From NCBI GenBank assembly GCA_030750665.1, contig JASMHR010000002.1, positions 1-58,922 on the forward strand: 58,922 nt of DNA, in the 5' to 3' direction. Shown in pieces: positions 1 to 9,916 of this stretch. Under the pieces are notes generated by a model. That model saw only the letters and a list, made by a program, of their open reading frames with translations. It made no database searches and had not been told where the DNA came from. The stretch is from Candidatus Poseidoniaceae archaeon. GTDB lineage: Archaea; Thermoplasmatota; Poseidoniia; Poseidoniales; Poseidoniaceae. Positions within the stretch are counted from its first letter, which is position 1. Each line of letters opens with the position of its first letter. The position numbers were made by a program, and so were the translations under genes.

Positions 1-65
1 CTCCTCTCTGATTGCCAATGTTCATCGTCATCGATATGGATTCAGAGTCATTTGGCCTAGTAGAT

Positions 66-1763
66 TCAAACAACTTCGGCTTCCAGAACCTCAGATTCAG
101 TTAGATGCTCCCAACCTGGTGCGGTTTCTCCAACGATAACAACGAGTTCGTCATCACCGCCAGGCAATTTGCTGATGTCACAATCAGCACCTTCAGGGAC
201 GTTTCGATACAACGGCCTAGCAACGAGATACTTGTTTACGAACAAGAATAATGCGCCCACAACGAACCAGAACAGGAAGATGATTGTGATACCGTGAGCA
301 TTGCCTGGATTCCAAGGGTCCTCTACATTATTGACAAGGTCGATGAAGTAAGATAGCATCAATACAGTGAACAGAACTGGGAACGCGATATACATGATGA
401 CATCCCACCAACGTCCGACCCAAATGTCATTATCTCCTGTATTGATGAAATCGTCACGGAAAGCAGAAACGCCTTGTTTCAAGTATCCTGAAAGACCTGG
501 TTGACCTTCTCCATCAGCAACTAATGTTCGCCACCTTATGTATCCATACTTCCATATCGAGAAAGCGATGAACAAACCGCTGAACATCAAACCATATCCC
601 CAGATGTGGTCCTGTACCTCAAGGAATTGAGGAAAAGCAACGCCATCTGCATCGAACTTGATCCACAATACAGCGCTAGGTATGCCCATAATGAAAATCA
701 TCGAGGCAGTGATAGCAACTGCTCGATTTCGCTCATAGCCATGGTCAACGAAGTTTCGAACACAAAGTTCGACTGTTGAAATCATACTGGTCAGAGCAGC
801 GAACGTAAGAGCGAGGAAGAATACCCACATCATCATCCAACCACCAATTGCGCCACCTGGTGCTTGTGCGAAAACACTGGGTAGAGCAAGGAAGGTGATT
901 GCAGATGAGCCTTGAGATACAGTAGCGATTGGGTCTGCCTCCACAGCAAATATCGCAGACAGTACTGTCAATCCAGCAATGATGGAGATGCTGTTGTTGG
1001 CTAGACCCATCGTGAATGCATTGAGTACTGTATCCTCATCCTTGCGCATATAGACCGCGTAGGTAATCGCCATACCCATTCCTGCAGAGCATGACCAAGC
1101 AGATTGAGACAGTCCATTGATCCATATGCTGGGCTCTCCTAGCAAACTGGTATCCACGGTGAACATGAAAAGGAAACCATCTAGACTGCCATCTTCCATA
1201 TCCATCCAGAGCGATAGGAATAGAGCAAGGAAGAGAAGTACGAAAAGGCTGGTCATCATGATGACATTCACCTTCTCAATGGCCTTGGCGCCCTTCCAGA
1301 TAGCGAGTACAGTGATGATGATTACAATGAACTGGAATAAGATGACCTGACTTCCAGACTGGAGGAAATTATTCCATACTTCAGCGGTATCAACATTTGT
1401 CAAGCCACCAGTAAAACCGAGACGGAAGTAATTCATGCACCAACCAGCGACGATAGCATAGTAGAATCCAATGGCTGTTGAAATCCATGCTGTCCACAAC
1501 CCCATCCACGCGAAACGCTTGCCTGCGAAGATACGGAAAGTCCCAATCGTTCCTGTCCGGCTTCGCTTACCGAGAGCGAATTCAGCAATGACCAGTGGAA
1601 TAGACCAAACGAACAAGAATATGAGCCATGGGATCAAGAAGGTCCCCCCACCATTTGCTCCAACCATTCGTGGGAATCTCCAGATGTTTCCTGTTCCAAT
1701 AGCCGCACCTATTGATGCGAATATCAAACCCAAGCGGCCGCTGAACTCATCTGATTTCTGCAT
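66..1763 (-). CDS. Sodium-dependent solute/neurotransmitter symporter (NSS/SNF family)
   Basis: 565-aa multi-pass hydrophobic ORF with the N-terminal NSS signature GLIFASIGAAIGTGNIWRFP. Confidence 0.9.
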   Translation of the reverse strand: MQKSDEFSGRLGLIFASIGAAIGTGNIWRFPRMVGANGGGTFLIPWLIFLFVWSIPLVIAEFALGKRSRTGTIGTFRIFAGKRFAWMGLWTAWISTAIGFYYAIVAGWCMNYFRLGFTGGLTNVDTAEVWNNFLQSGSQVILFQFIVIIITVLAIWKGAKAIEKVNVIMMTSLFVLLFLALFLSLWMDMEDGSLDGFLFMFTVDTSLLGEPSIWINGLSQSAWSCSAGMGMAITYAVYMRKDEDTVLNAFTMGLANNSISIIAGLTVLSAIFAVEADPIATVSQGSSAITFLALPSVFAQAPGGAIGGWMMMWVFFLALTFAALTSMISTVELCVRNFVDHGYERNRAVAITASMIFIMGIPSAVLWIKFDADGVAFPQFLEVQDHIWGYGLMFSGLFIAFSIWKYGYIRWRTLVADGEGQPGLSGYLKQGVSAFRDDFINTGDNDIWVGRWWDVIMYIAFPVLFTVLMLSYFIDLVNNVEDPWNPGNAHGITIIFLFWFVVGALFLFVNKYLVARPLYRNVPEGADCDISKLPGGDDELVVIVGETAPGWEHLTESEVLEAEVV

Positions 1764-1772
1764 CGAACCACC

Positions 1773-3989
1773 TCAATCCTCGAATTGTTTCTCGAACTCT
1801 TCATCAGGACCCTTCATCATAAGTCTCAGAGATAATCCAAGTCCACCCCATACTGCAGCAGCAACCACCATGAACAACATTATTGCTGATGCAAAATCAC
1901 CGAATGGTGCACGATATGGAAATTCTAGAACGTGGTATTGGCTCTCAGCAGGATAGGTGTACGGAAATGCTCCAGAAAGAGTTCCCAGCATCGATTTGTA
2001 ATGCAATTCACCAAGTATGTCATCAGGCACTGGAACTTCTGCTCTAATGGCGGTACCGTTCGAGCCATCAAGTAATTCACAGCGTTCCCCAGTATCATAC
2101 AACCCAACGTGTGCCCATTCCTCAGTACTCCATTCCCGCGGACCATACTCACTCTGTTGGCGATTTGGAGAAACCGTTCGATACATCACGTGGCTAACAT
2201 CACTACGATTTGACCAAGGGAAGAAGCGGTCGATGCAAATATCGATTGGAATCGGACCAGCTCCTGGGATAGATACATTCTCAGGAATCATGATGTGCTG
2301 TTTCTGTGGCATTCCAGCAATCTCCAGATCCGCTCTCTCCCTTGGATTATCTGCAATCTCAACCATGTAGAATGCGGCGCCGACATTGAGATCAGCGATG
2401 TGGTCAATATCATCAGGATGCTCGTGGAAATTGTTCCCAATCTCAATAGTGTAGCAATACGAGTTATGAACTCCATAATGCCAATCACAGAAATCACCAG
2501 TGGTAGGGTATAGGTCCGAAGACTGCATATTGGAATATCCAGTCATTTCCGCCATTACGTTTCCATGGTAAATCAACTGTTCATGGTCGGTGGTTTGGCA
2601 ATCCTGACAATGTCCCCACGGATAGAGTACCAGTTCTGAGAATGAGTGCCAGGTCAAGGTCGCAGCAAAATCAGATGCACCATCGCCATCGTCATCATTC
2701 ATCTCTGTGATATCTTGAATGAATAGCGTTTCAGGCTCTGAGTTGCCACCCCACCAATCTTCATCGACCTTACCGTCTGCATCATCATCCTTACCGTCTA
2801 CGTGGTCTTCATTGACACACTGAGGAGTAGGAGGGCCGATACAGTCACCATCATTATCGGTATCATCAACAGGCCCATTGTAAACGTCATTGTTAACTCC
2901 AGAACCTGCAAGACAGTCGCCCGGAATCAGTGGCCCAGTCGCACCAAGAGGTGCTCCCCATTCAAACTGGTAATTGCGATTCAGGTCAACGCCATCACAT
3001 GACTCATCAACGTCTTCACCAGTATCTGGAATCGGTGTGACGCCAGTGTAGGTGTTATCGCGCAGATTCTTCCTCCAGCCACTTCTTCGACAGTCATCTC
3101 CCCAGGCTTCACCATCGCAATTATTTCCAACCCATTCTTCACGATCGTAGATGTTTCCATCAGTATTCAACATCGGAATGAGATATATTTCACGACTGTT
3201 GATCAAATCGGTTATCCACACTTCTGAGAAATCTTCGTCGACTCCCTGATCTCCGGGGCCGCAATTGACTCCGTCGCCATTGCTGTCTTGGAATTCTGTC
3301 AACAGGGCAAGACAATCGCCATCATCATCCAATTGACCGTCACCATCACTGTCTCCCCATGTATCTTCATCGGTACGGCCATCACCATCATTGTCGACCG
3401 CTACCTGTCCGTAGTAGTGGACTGCAGTCTCAAGGAAGAACATCGGCACTTCATATGACATCCATTCACGAGCATGATGATTGCCTACCAACATGATATC
3501 TGGGCGGTCTTCATAATTGCCGTTATCATCATTGTAAGGGTTCCAATCTCCACCATTGACATTGCCAGTCATCTTTACCCAAGGACTTGGATTGTTGTAG
3601 AACCATCCCATGTAAGAATCCTTGGTCATGGTTACTCCCCGCTGGTTGACTCCCCCGTTCAACCCCTCATGGAATTCAATGATGTCAGGATTGCGTTCTG
3701 CTAGATACATCATCCTAGTGCGCATCGAATCAAAGTCATGGTAGGCCTTGAATTGGAGTTGCTCTTCATCTGCATCTGCCCAAGGATAGATATTATTGGC
3801 ATAATCATACGACCAAGTTTCATTTGGAGCCAGACCTACGGGAGGGTCATCCTGCCCACTTGATTGGGAAACATCAGTGGTTGCTGCAGCCAATCCTCCA
3901 GACAGCATCAATGGCACGAGGAACAACACTACCAGCATGGCACGTGAACTGTTCTGTCGCATAGGTAGAGATTCCTTCACCACAACCAC
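1773..3989 (-). CDS. Secreted zinc carboxypeptidase (peptidase M14) with thrombospondin-type-3-like Ca-binding repeat insertions and a C-terminal membrane anchor
   Basis: M14 motifs HHAREWMS, GVDLNRNY, TWHSFSELVLYPWG and YTIEIG. Asp-rich DxDxDG inserts (DNDGDGRTDEDTWGDSDGDGQLDDDGDC, DTDNDGDC, DGKDDDADGKVDED). Signal-like hydrophobic stretch after the Met at 3962, which is the likely true start. Hydrophobic C-terminus. Confidence 0.8.
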   Translation of the reverse strand: MVVVKESLPMRQNSSRAMLVVLFLVPLMLSGGLAAATTDVSQSSGQDDPPVGLAPNETWSYDYANNIYPWADADEEQLQFKAYHDFDSMRTRMMYLAERNPDIIEFHEGLNGGVNQRGVTMTKDSYMGWFYNNPSPWVKMTGNVNGGDWNPYNDDNGNYEDRPDIMLVGNHHAREWMSYEVPMFFLETAVHYYGQVAVDNDGDGRTDEDTWGDSDGDGQLDDDGDCLALLTEFQDSNGDGVNCGPGDQGVDEDFSEVWITDLINSREIYLIPMLNTDGNIYDREEWVGNNCDGEAWGDDCRRSGWRKNLRDNTYTGVTPIPDTGEDVDESCDGVDLNRNYQFEWGAPLGATGPLIPGDCLAGSGVNNDVYNGPVDDTDNDGDCIGPPTPQCVNEDHVDGKDDDADGKVDEDWWGGNSEPETLFIQDITEMNDDDGDGASDFAATLTWHSFSELVLYPWGHCQDCQTTDHEQLIYHGNVMAEMTGYSNMQSSDLYPTTGDFCDWHYGVHNSYCYTIEIGNNFHEHPDDIDHIADLNVGAAFYMVEIADNPRERADLEIAGMPQKQHIMIPENVSIPGAGPIPIDICIDRFFPWSNRSDVSHVMYRTVSPNRQQSEYGPREWSTEEWAHVGLYDTGERCELLDGSNGTAIRAEVPVPDDILGELHYKSMLGTLSGAFPYTYPAESQYHVLEFPYRAPFGDFASAIMLFMVVAAAVWGGLGLSLRLMMKGPDEEFEKQFED

Positions 3990-4067
3990 CAGCCCTTCGA
4001 CCGGCGCTCTACATTTGAAGTCGTCGTGCTTCAGTATTAGCGGCGCGTAGCGCCGTAACGCGAGGAC

Positions 4068-5243
4068 TCACCATGGCGAAGGTGCACGTCCGCGATACAT
4101 CCGACGCAACATCATGCCTGCTACAAGAAACACCGGTGATAGAATCATCTCATTTGTTGACAGATATCCCCAAAGCCAAGCAAATGGCACTAAAGCACTT
4201 GACAAGAAACACATCAACGCCAAAGCCGACCAACTTCTGGCTTGGAACATTGCTGCTTGAATCGTGCTCACTTGAGCCAACCAACGAACAACGAATCTTG
4301 GCCCATCCTCATTCATCGCCCTTGCCATCATCATACGGTTCAGCATCGCTTCATAGACCCAGATATGCAACCCTCCACGATGACCATCGAGAGCACGCCT
4401 ATTCGATATTGACTCAGGTGCAGTAGAGACCCACGATTCCCCAAGAGTGCGTAGCGCTTCTTGGCGCTGATTCTGTGGGCAGAACTCATGAGCCAATGTG
4501 AAAACGGCTCCTAAATCAGATATCGCGGGGCGCTTTTGACTCATCTTCAAGAGCATTGATTCTAGACCGCCCCAGATTCCACCAAGAACAAGTCTACCCT
4601 CGACCACTCGGATATGTTCTGGTCTGAGATGTCGCAGTGTGAGCGTTCCTCTGGTTTCAGGGGAGTGGGGGGCTCGCCACAGGGTATTGGTCTTCAATCG
4701 GTCCTCCATCTTCTTGAGACGGTCATTCCATGCTCGTTCCTCATTACCAGTGGATGATTTGTCCATTGCCGCTGTTGCAACTTTGCCAAGATGGCTGCCT
4801 AGTACTTTGCAGGTAGCGATTGGATCTTCAGCAAGTGCCTTGCTCAATGGCTCTCCTTCCTCCTTCCCTCTCCAGAATAACAGAACATCTCTTCCTTCAA
4901 ATCGCAAACCTCCACATGGCATTTCGATGAGGTCGCCCAATACTTCAACTCCTTCCAGAGCATTACCAAATGGCAGATGTTCAGCACGCCAATCTCCATC
5001 TTCGGCCAACAATTGGAAACTGGTTCCTTCAGAATGTGAAACCCGCGCACTCTTGGGCACCTCGCCCCATACCTCACCTTCGATGGAGCCCCAGTCAAAA
5101 TCCTCCATGTGAAGAATATCGAATGTACCCCAAGAAGTTGATAATCGCCAACGTGAGAAACCATCCAATGCAACTTCAATGGATTCCAGCCCAGTTGCAA
5201 TACCGCTTGGGAACCATGCAGCATTGCGGATGGCTTCTTCCAT
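4068..5243 (-). CDS. Hypothetical protein with C-terminal transmembrane helices
   Basis: 391-aa ORF with no motif I can name confidently. The last ~60 aa are hydrophobic (ALALMCFLSSALVPFAWLWGYL, ILSPVFLVAGMML). The overlapping plus-strand ORFs look like antisense artefacts. Confidence 0.5.
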   Translation of the reverse strand: MEEAIRNAAWFPSGIATGLESIEVALDGFSRWRLSTSWGTFDILHMEDFDWGSIEGEVWGEVPKSARVSHSEGTSFQLLAEDGDWRAEHLPFGNALEGVEVLGDLIEMPCGGLRFEGRDVLLFWRGKEEGEPLSKALAEDPIATCKVLGSHLGKVATAAMDKSSTGNEERAWNDRLKKMEDRLKTNTLWRAPHSPETRGTLTLRHLRPEHIRVVEGRLVLGGIWGGLESMLLKMSQKRPAISDLGAVFTLAHEFCPQNQRQEALRTLGESWVSTAPESISNRRALDGHRGGLHIWVYEAMLNRMMMARAMNEDGPRFVVRWLAQVSTIQAAMFQARSWSALALMCFLSSALVPFAWLWGYLSTNEMILSPVFLVAGMMLRRMYRGRAPSPW

Positions 5244-5254
5244 AGAATCCCCGT

Positions 5255-6385
5255 TTGAGGGGGCAAGGCATGATGTCTCAAACCTTCTTGAGGCAGCGCA
5301 TCCCTCAAGTACGGCCGCTTGAACACGGTTTCATGGCCGTTAGCAATAAAAGGGAACTCGGCCAATATTTCACGTCTGAAGACATTTGGCTACGGCCTCA
5401 TATCAAATCTCATCTCTCTTCATTGAATCAACGCCATTCAATATGCGTAGACCCCTTTGCAGGTGCAGGTGACTTGCTTCAAATCGCAGCAACATTTGGT
5501 TTCAGCATCAAAGGATATGACCTCGATTCAACTATCTGTGCAGAACAAGGATGGGGAGAGGCACATGATTCACTAATCGAAATCGCCGCTCATGATTCTG
5601 CATTCGTACTTACCAATCCGCCTTATCTAGCCAAGAATTCAGCCCGCCGGATGGGATCCAAAATGGTTAGTTACTTCCAACCTCCATTCACTGATTCTAT
5701 TGAAGAAAGTCTCATTCCAATACTCGATGATCTCTTCAAATTCGCAATCGAAAAAACACTTGCTATCTATGATGAGTCGGTTTGGATAGTCCCAGAATCT
5801 GTGGTTCAAGATCTTGAGAAACTCCCCCACTGGTTGGAATGTGTGCACTCGGTGACAATACTGGAAGGAAATCCCTTCAGGGATACTGAACATCCAATCT
5901 GTATACTCATCTTCTCCAAGGATGAGCCCAATAATCAAATTTGGAAAAATGATACCTACCTCGGAAATTATCGTGATATCAAAAAAATGCATGATGACCT
6001 GGATTCTAGCCCTAATAATCTGATTCAGATGAAGTTCAACGACCCAAAGGGCACACTTGGATTCAGAGCAGTCGACGGAACAACTGAAGATGACAAGATG
6101 AGGATTCGATTTTGTCATGGTGATGAATTAGGATATAGTCGCGAGAACATCAAAGTCAGCAGTAGACACTTGACCTACATTTCGATACAACTTGAAGGGG
6201 AATCCCTCAACAGGACCATCGAAGAAGCGAATCACATCATTGATGATTATAGAAAGCGAACAAATGATGTTTTTTTGACTGCTTTCATGGGCAATACGAA
6301 GACTGGTGAAAGAAGAAGAAGGCTTGATTATCGATTGGCTCGTTCAATTTTCAATCGTGCCTTCGCTATTCAGAACCAGCCTTGA
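5255..6385 (+). CDS. N6-adenine DNA methyltransferase (gamma-class motif order) with a C-terminal target-recognition region
   Basis: GQYFTS, SAM motif I VDPFAGAGDLL and catalytic motif IV LTNPPYL about 50 aa downstream. The true start is probably the ATG at 5270/5273 or 5333. The gene is visibly AT-rich compared with its flanks. Confidence 0.75.
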   Translation: MRGQGMMSQTFLRQRIPQVRPLEHGFMAVSNKRELGQYFTSEDIWLRPHIKSHLSSLNQRHSICVDPFAGAGDLLQIAATFGFSIKGYDLDSTICAEQGWGEAHDSLIEIAAHDSAFVLTNPPYLAKNSARRMGSKMVSYFQPPFTDSIEESLIPILDDLFKFAIEKTLAIYDESVWIVPESVVQDLEKLPHWLECVHSVTILEGNPFRDTEHPICILIFSKDEPNNQIWKNDTYLGNYRDIKKMHDDLDSSPNNLIQMKFNDPKGTLGFRAVDGTTEDDKMRIRFCHGDELGYSRENIKVSSRHLTYISIQLEGESLNRTIEEANHIIDDYRKRTNDVFLTAFMGNTKTGERRRRLDYRLARSIFNRAFAIQNQP

Positions 6386-6451
6386 ATCTCCTACTGTTAC
6401 GGGGATGGCCTCAAGTGGAATAGCCATCTCCACCAACTCGGTGCGCAAGTC

Positions 6452-7231
6452 ATGGGACTGAGTGAGAAGGTTGGTGACATACTTGGAGCACGCATCGAAG
6501 CGCGCTTGCGACAAGATGTTCGCGAACTCCCTTTACCACAACATGTTGCCTTCATCATGGACGGTAATCGACGCTTTGCATGGTCAAAGGCTCTCAACAC
6601 TCAAGCTGGACACAGAAAGGGAAAACAAGTCCTTGAGAATGTGATGGACTGGGTACTTGAACTGGAAATAGAATTCATGACGGTCTATGCATTATCAACT
6701 GAGAATCTCAACACTCGAAATGGAAAAGAATTGAAAGGTCTGTTCGATCTATACGTGGAAGGCCTGAACGATATTGCTGAAGACCCCAGAATCCATGATA
6801 ACAAAGTCAAGGTACAGATTATCGGACGCAGAGAACTACTTCCGCAAAGAGTGAACGATGCGATTGACAATGCGGAGGCGCGAACAAATGGATATTCTGG
6901 CTTCACCTTCACAGTATGTCTAGCCTATGGAGGGAGAGAAGAGATTCTAGGTGCCATCCGTCAACTTGCAGAAGACCATGCTGCTGGTAAACTACCGCTG
7001 CAAGATATCGATGAAAAAGCCGTCAGTAAACGCCTGTGGACCGGAGACATGCCAGACCCAGATCTAGTGATTCGCACCAGCGGGGAAGAACGTATCTCCA
7101 ATTTCCTACTCTGGCAAAGTGCATACTCTGAATTGTACTTCACTGATGTCTTTTGGCCAAGTTTCTCAAAACGTGATTTCCTCAGGGCCGTTCATGACTA
7201 CCAGTTACGTCAACGTAGATTTGGGGAATGA
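6452..7231 (+). CDS. uppS: cis-Prenyltransferase (undecaprenyl diphosphate synthase family)
   Basis: HVAFIMDGNRRFA motif, RTSGEERISNFLLWQSAYSELYF motif, 259 aa. Confidence 0.9.
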   Translation: MGLSEKVGDILGARIEARLRQDVRELPLPQHVAFIMDGNRRFAWSKALNTQAGHRKGKQVLENVMDWVLELEIEFMTVYALSTENLNTRNGKELKGLFDLYVEGLNDIAEDPRIHDNKVKVQIIGRRELLPQRVNDAIDNAEARTNGYSGFTFTVCLAYGGREEILGAIRQLAEDHAAGKLPLQDIDEKAVSKRLWTGDMPDPDLVIRTSGEERISNFLLWQSAYSELYFTDVFWPSFSKRDFLRAVHDYQLRQRRFGE

Positions 7232-7701
7232 AGATGGACGAGTTCGGCCGAGACTTACCTGAACCTGCACCAGATGGCTATCGAAATCCTTCATTGGCCG
7301 CTGATGCGGCTTGTGTGAGGACTATTGATGGTCGAAAACAGATTCTATTAATCACCAGAGCAATGGAACCATCGAAGGGAAAATTGGCTCTACCGGGAGG
7401 GTTTGTTGATTACAATGAGGACCCTGAAGATGCTGCTATTCGTGAGTTGGAAGAGGAATGTGGAATCTCAGGCTCAATCATTGATATTGTTTGTGTGCGA
7501 GGTGACCCTGCACGCGATTCTCGCAAACACGTAGTTACCATCATCTATCTCGTCGATGCTGAGGGAGAACCTACTGCTGGAGACGATGCTGCTGATGCTG
7601 CATGGTTTGATTTGGAAGAATGTCTGAATATTCCACTTGAAAAATGGGCTTTTGACCATCATGAAGTAGTACAAATGGCCCGTAACAAAGCCTCTCAGTA
7701 A
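7228..7701 (+). CDS. NUDIX hydrolase
   Basis: Nudix box GGFVDYNEDPEDAAIRELEEECGI. ATGA start/stop overlap with uppS. Confidence 0.85.
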   Translation: MKMDEFGRDLPEPAPDGYRNPSLAADAACVRTIDGRKQILLITRAMEPSKGKLALPGGFVDYNEDPEDAAIRELEEECGISGSIIDIVCVRGDPARDSRKHVVTIIYLVDAEGEPTAGDDAADAAWFDLEECLNIPLEKWAFDHHEVVQMARNKASQ

Positions 7702-7801
7702 ATGGAAACTACTGATACATCTGAGGCATCTGTTGTTTGTCTTCTAATGATTCTACTAGGAATTTGGACTCAAATAATACATACAGTGAGACGTTGTTAT
7801 C

Positions 7802-8344
7802 TTACTTTTCAACAAAAAATAACCCTGCTCCTAGACTACCAATATAGAAGCCAATGCCAACAAAATCAATTAAACTGAAACTACCTAATTCCCCAGCATC
7901 AACGGTTCCGAGAAGAGCACATATCATGAAAACTCCAAAATACGCCAAATGTATGATGCCGAGAACTTTTGGCCTCTTTTTCGTAATTAACAAAATGCCT
8001 GCAATAATTGCCGATAATAAATACAAAAAGGGTGATAGTGCAAACATAATACCAGCAATGGCCATCATCATTCCAGTAAACCCAAGATCAGAACCAGAAT
8101 CTTCGAGGTCTTCTGAAGAGGCATCCGAACCCATAGAAATAATTTCTGCAACACCTCCCATTATCTCAAATCCATTAATCGAAAAAGGGCCAAGAGCAAC
8201 ATATGGCATCAACATTGAAAATACAATCAAACCAACCCCTATCCAAGGAACTATTCTTTTCCCTTGATCTTCAACAGAAAGAGGCATCAGTCCTTGATTC
8301 TGTTGTGGGAAAGCGTGAACTTGTTGTTGAACAACTCCAACCAC
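7802..8344 (-). CDS. Multi-pass membrane protein. This is probably the 3' part of a gene interrupted by an in-frame TAA (see findings).
   Basis: 180-aa ORF starting at a GTG inside a Gln/Pro-rich linker, followed by 4-5 hydrophobic helices. A 27-codon ORF (8461..8381) lies upstream in the same frame. AT-rich. Confidence 0.55.
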   Translation of the reverse strand: MVGVVQQQVHAFPQQNQGLMPLSVEDQGKRIVPWIGVGLIVFSMLMPYVALGPFSINGFEIMGGVAEIISMGSDASSEDLEDSGSDLGFTGMMMAIAGIMFALSPFLYLLSAIIAGILLITKKRPKVLGIIHLAYFGVFMICALLGTVDAGELGSFSLIDFVGIGFYIGSLGAGLFFVEK

Positions 8345-8500
8345 TGGAGCATATCCTCCGATTACCTGTGGTGCTGGTTAAGCCATGGGTGGTGGTGATT
8401 GTTGCACTGGAACCCACTCAGTTCCATTCCACATCCATTTGCCATCTTCACTGAGTTGCATGGATGCCCGTTAAAGTAAACAATTATGACGATTTCGTAA

Positions 8501-9463
8501 TCAAATATCCACGTATTCTCCGAATAATTCGACCCATTGTTCACGAATCGGTGGCCATTCCTTCGAATCAACAGTATCGTGAAGATGAATTCCAGTCATC
8601 CATTCTGCCAAACTCTTCTCAACTGAATCCCCTCTCTCGATGTGGATTGGTAAACCCATTCTCTGCAATTCATCGATGAATCCTCTTTCAGCCTTAGAAA
8701 TCAGCAGAGTTGGGACTCCTTGAATCGCTGCTTCACTGGCCAGAGTGACACTTTGAGTGATGACTCCATCAAAAGCACACAATGAAGAAGGAAGTCGCCA
8801 AGATGCTTCAAACTCTCCTTCATCGGCAAAACTCACCTGTAAGCCATCAAGAACCGAGTCAGGAAAATCGATGATTTCTTCTTCATCATGGATTCCGCCT
8901 CCTTTCAATCTCCTCACCATCACTCTAGGTGGCTCGGATACCTGCTGTGGTCTGAGTCCCGGATGTAGATGGATATGCGGATGCAGGCCATCATATCGAT
9001 GAACTTCTCCTTTGAATCTAGAGAGCAAACCCCCATCTATCTCATCTTTCCAATGCTGGGGTAGAAGAAGATGCGTCGCATTTTTGAGTGCGATTTCATG
9101 AGCTGTATGGTTAACCTCTGTATCGCTGATGTACCAACGCTCAGGAACTCCTGCTTTCCTTGCTGCCCACAACTCGATGGCCGCACCTATGACCACAACA
9201 CGCTTAATTCCACTTCCTTTGAGTTGTTTCCTGACCGCCAGCAATCTACCGCCCGCTTTGAGTGTCCTGCCCGTACCTACTGGTCTTGATACCCAGATGG
9301 TTTGCCTACGTGGCAGGATTCCTTCCGAAGATTCGAACAACGACCTGACTTCTGAACGTTCAGTCACCACCAGAATATCAGATGTAGAACCTCCACGAAT
9401 GAAACCTGCAAGAATCTGCAGATGTGCGGGGTGGTCCAATACCCAGCAGGTCGCAACCGCCAT
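8501..9463 (-). CDS. Hypothetical protein, possibly a GT-B/DUF354-like fold
   Basis: The ORF extends to 9583, but the ATG at 9463 (MAVATCWVLDHPAHLQ...) avoids overlap with the divergent ridA. The Rossmann-like alternating pattern and the DHPAH start resemble archaeal DUF354 proteins. The functional call is weak. Confidence 0.45.
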   Translation of the reverse strand: MAVATCWVLDHPAHLQILAGFIRGGSTSDILVVTERSEVRSLFESSEGILPRRQTIWVSRPVGTGRTLKAGGRLLAVRKQLKGSGIKRVVVIGAAIELWAARKAGVPERWYISDTEVNHTAHEIALKNATHLLLPQHWKDEIDGGLLSRFKGEVHRYDGLHPHIHLHPGLRPQQVSEPPRVMVRRLKGGGIHDEEEIIDFPDSVLDGLQVSFADEGEFEASWRLPSSLCAFDGVITQSVTLASEAAIQGVPTLLISKAERGFIDELQRMGLPIHIERGDSVEKSLAEWMTGIHLHDTVDSKEWPPIREQWVELFGEYVDI

Positions 9464-9528
9464 AGCCCCTCCAATCGGCCTCACATTGTCAAGAGAACGG
9501 CAATGTACTCCCTCCCTACTCGCTGAAC

Positions 9529-9903
9529 ATGGCGAAAGAGCGTATTGAAGTGAAAGGCGGCAAAACCTACGGCCCATATTCACCAGGAGTCAAGGCGAAC
9601 GGAATCATCTGGTTGGCTGGACAGATAGCACCAGAAGCAGGAGATGATATCCAAGAGCAGACCAAAGGTTGTCTCGCCAAGATTGATTCCTTGTTGGCTG
9701 CAGCCGGCGTCTCAAAACATGGAATCTGCTTCTCACAAGTCATTCTGAACGATATTGCTGACTTCGCAGCACTGAATGAAGTATATTCAGAATGGGTTGG
9801 CGATACTCCAGTTCCTCCTGCCCGAGCGACATATGGTGCATCATTACCTGCAGGAGCGAAGGTCGAAATCGTCGTGCAGGCAATCGATGAGAAGTGTTGC
9901 TGA
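9529..9903 (+). CDS. ridA: RidA/YjgF/UK114 family reactive-intermediate deaminase
   Basis: 124 aa with GPYSPGV...GIIWLAGQ and C-terminal PARATYGASLPAGAKVEI, typical of the family. Confidence 0.85.
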   Translation: MAKERIEVKGGKTYGPYSPGVKANGIIWLAGQIAPEAGDDIQEQTKGCLAKIDSLLAAAGVSKHGICFSQVILNDIADFAALNEVYSEWVGDTPVPPARATYGASLPAGAKVEIVVQAIDEKCC

Positions 9904-9916
9904 GTGTGAATTTCTT

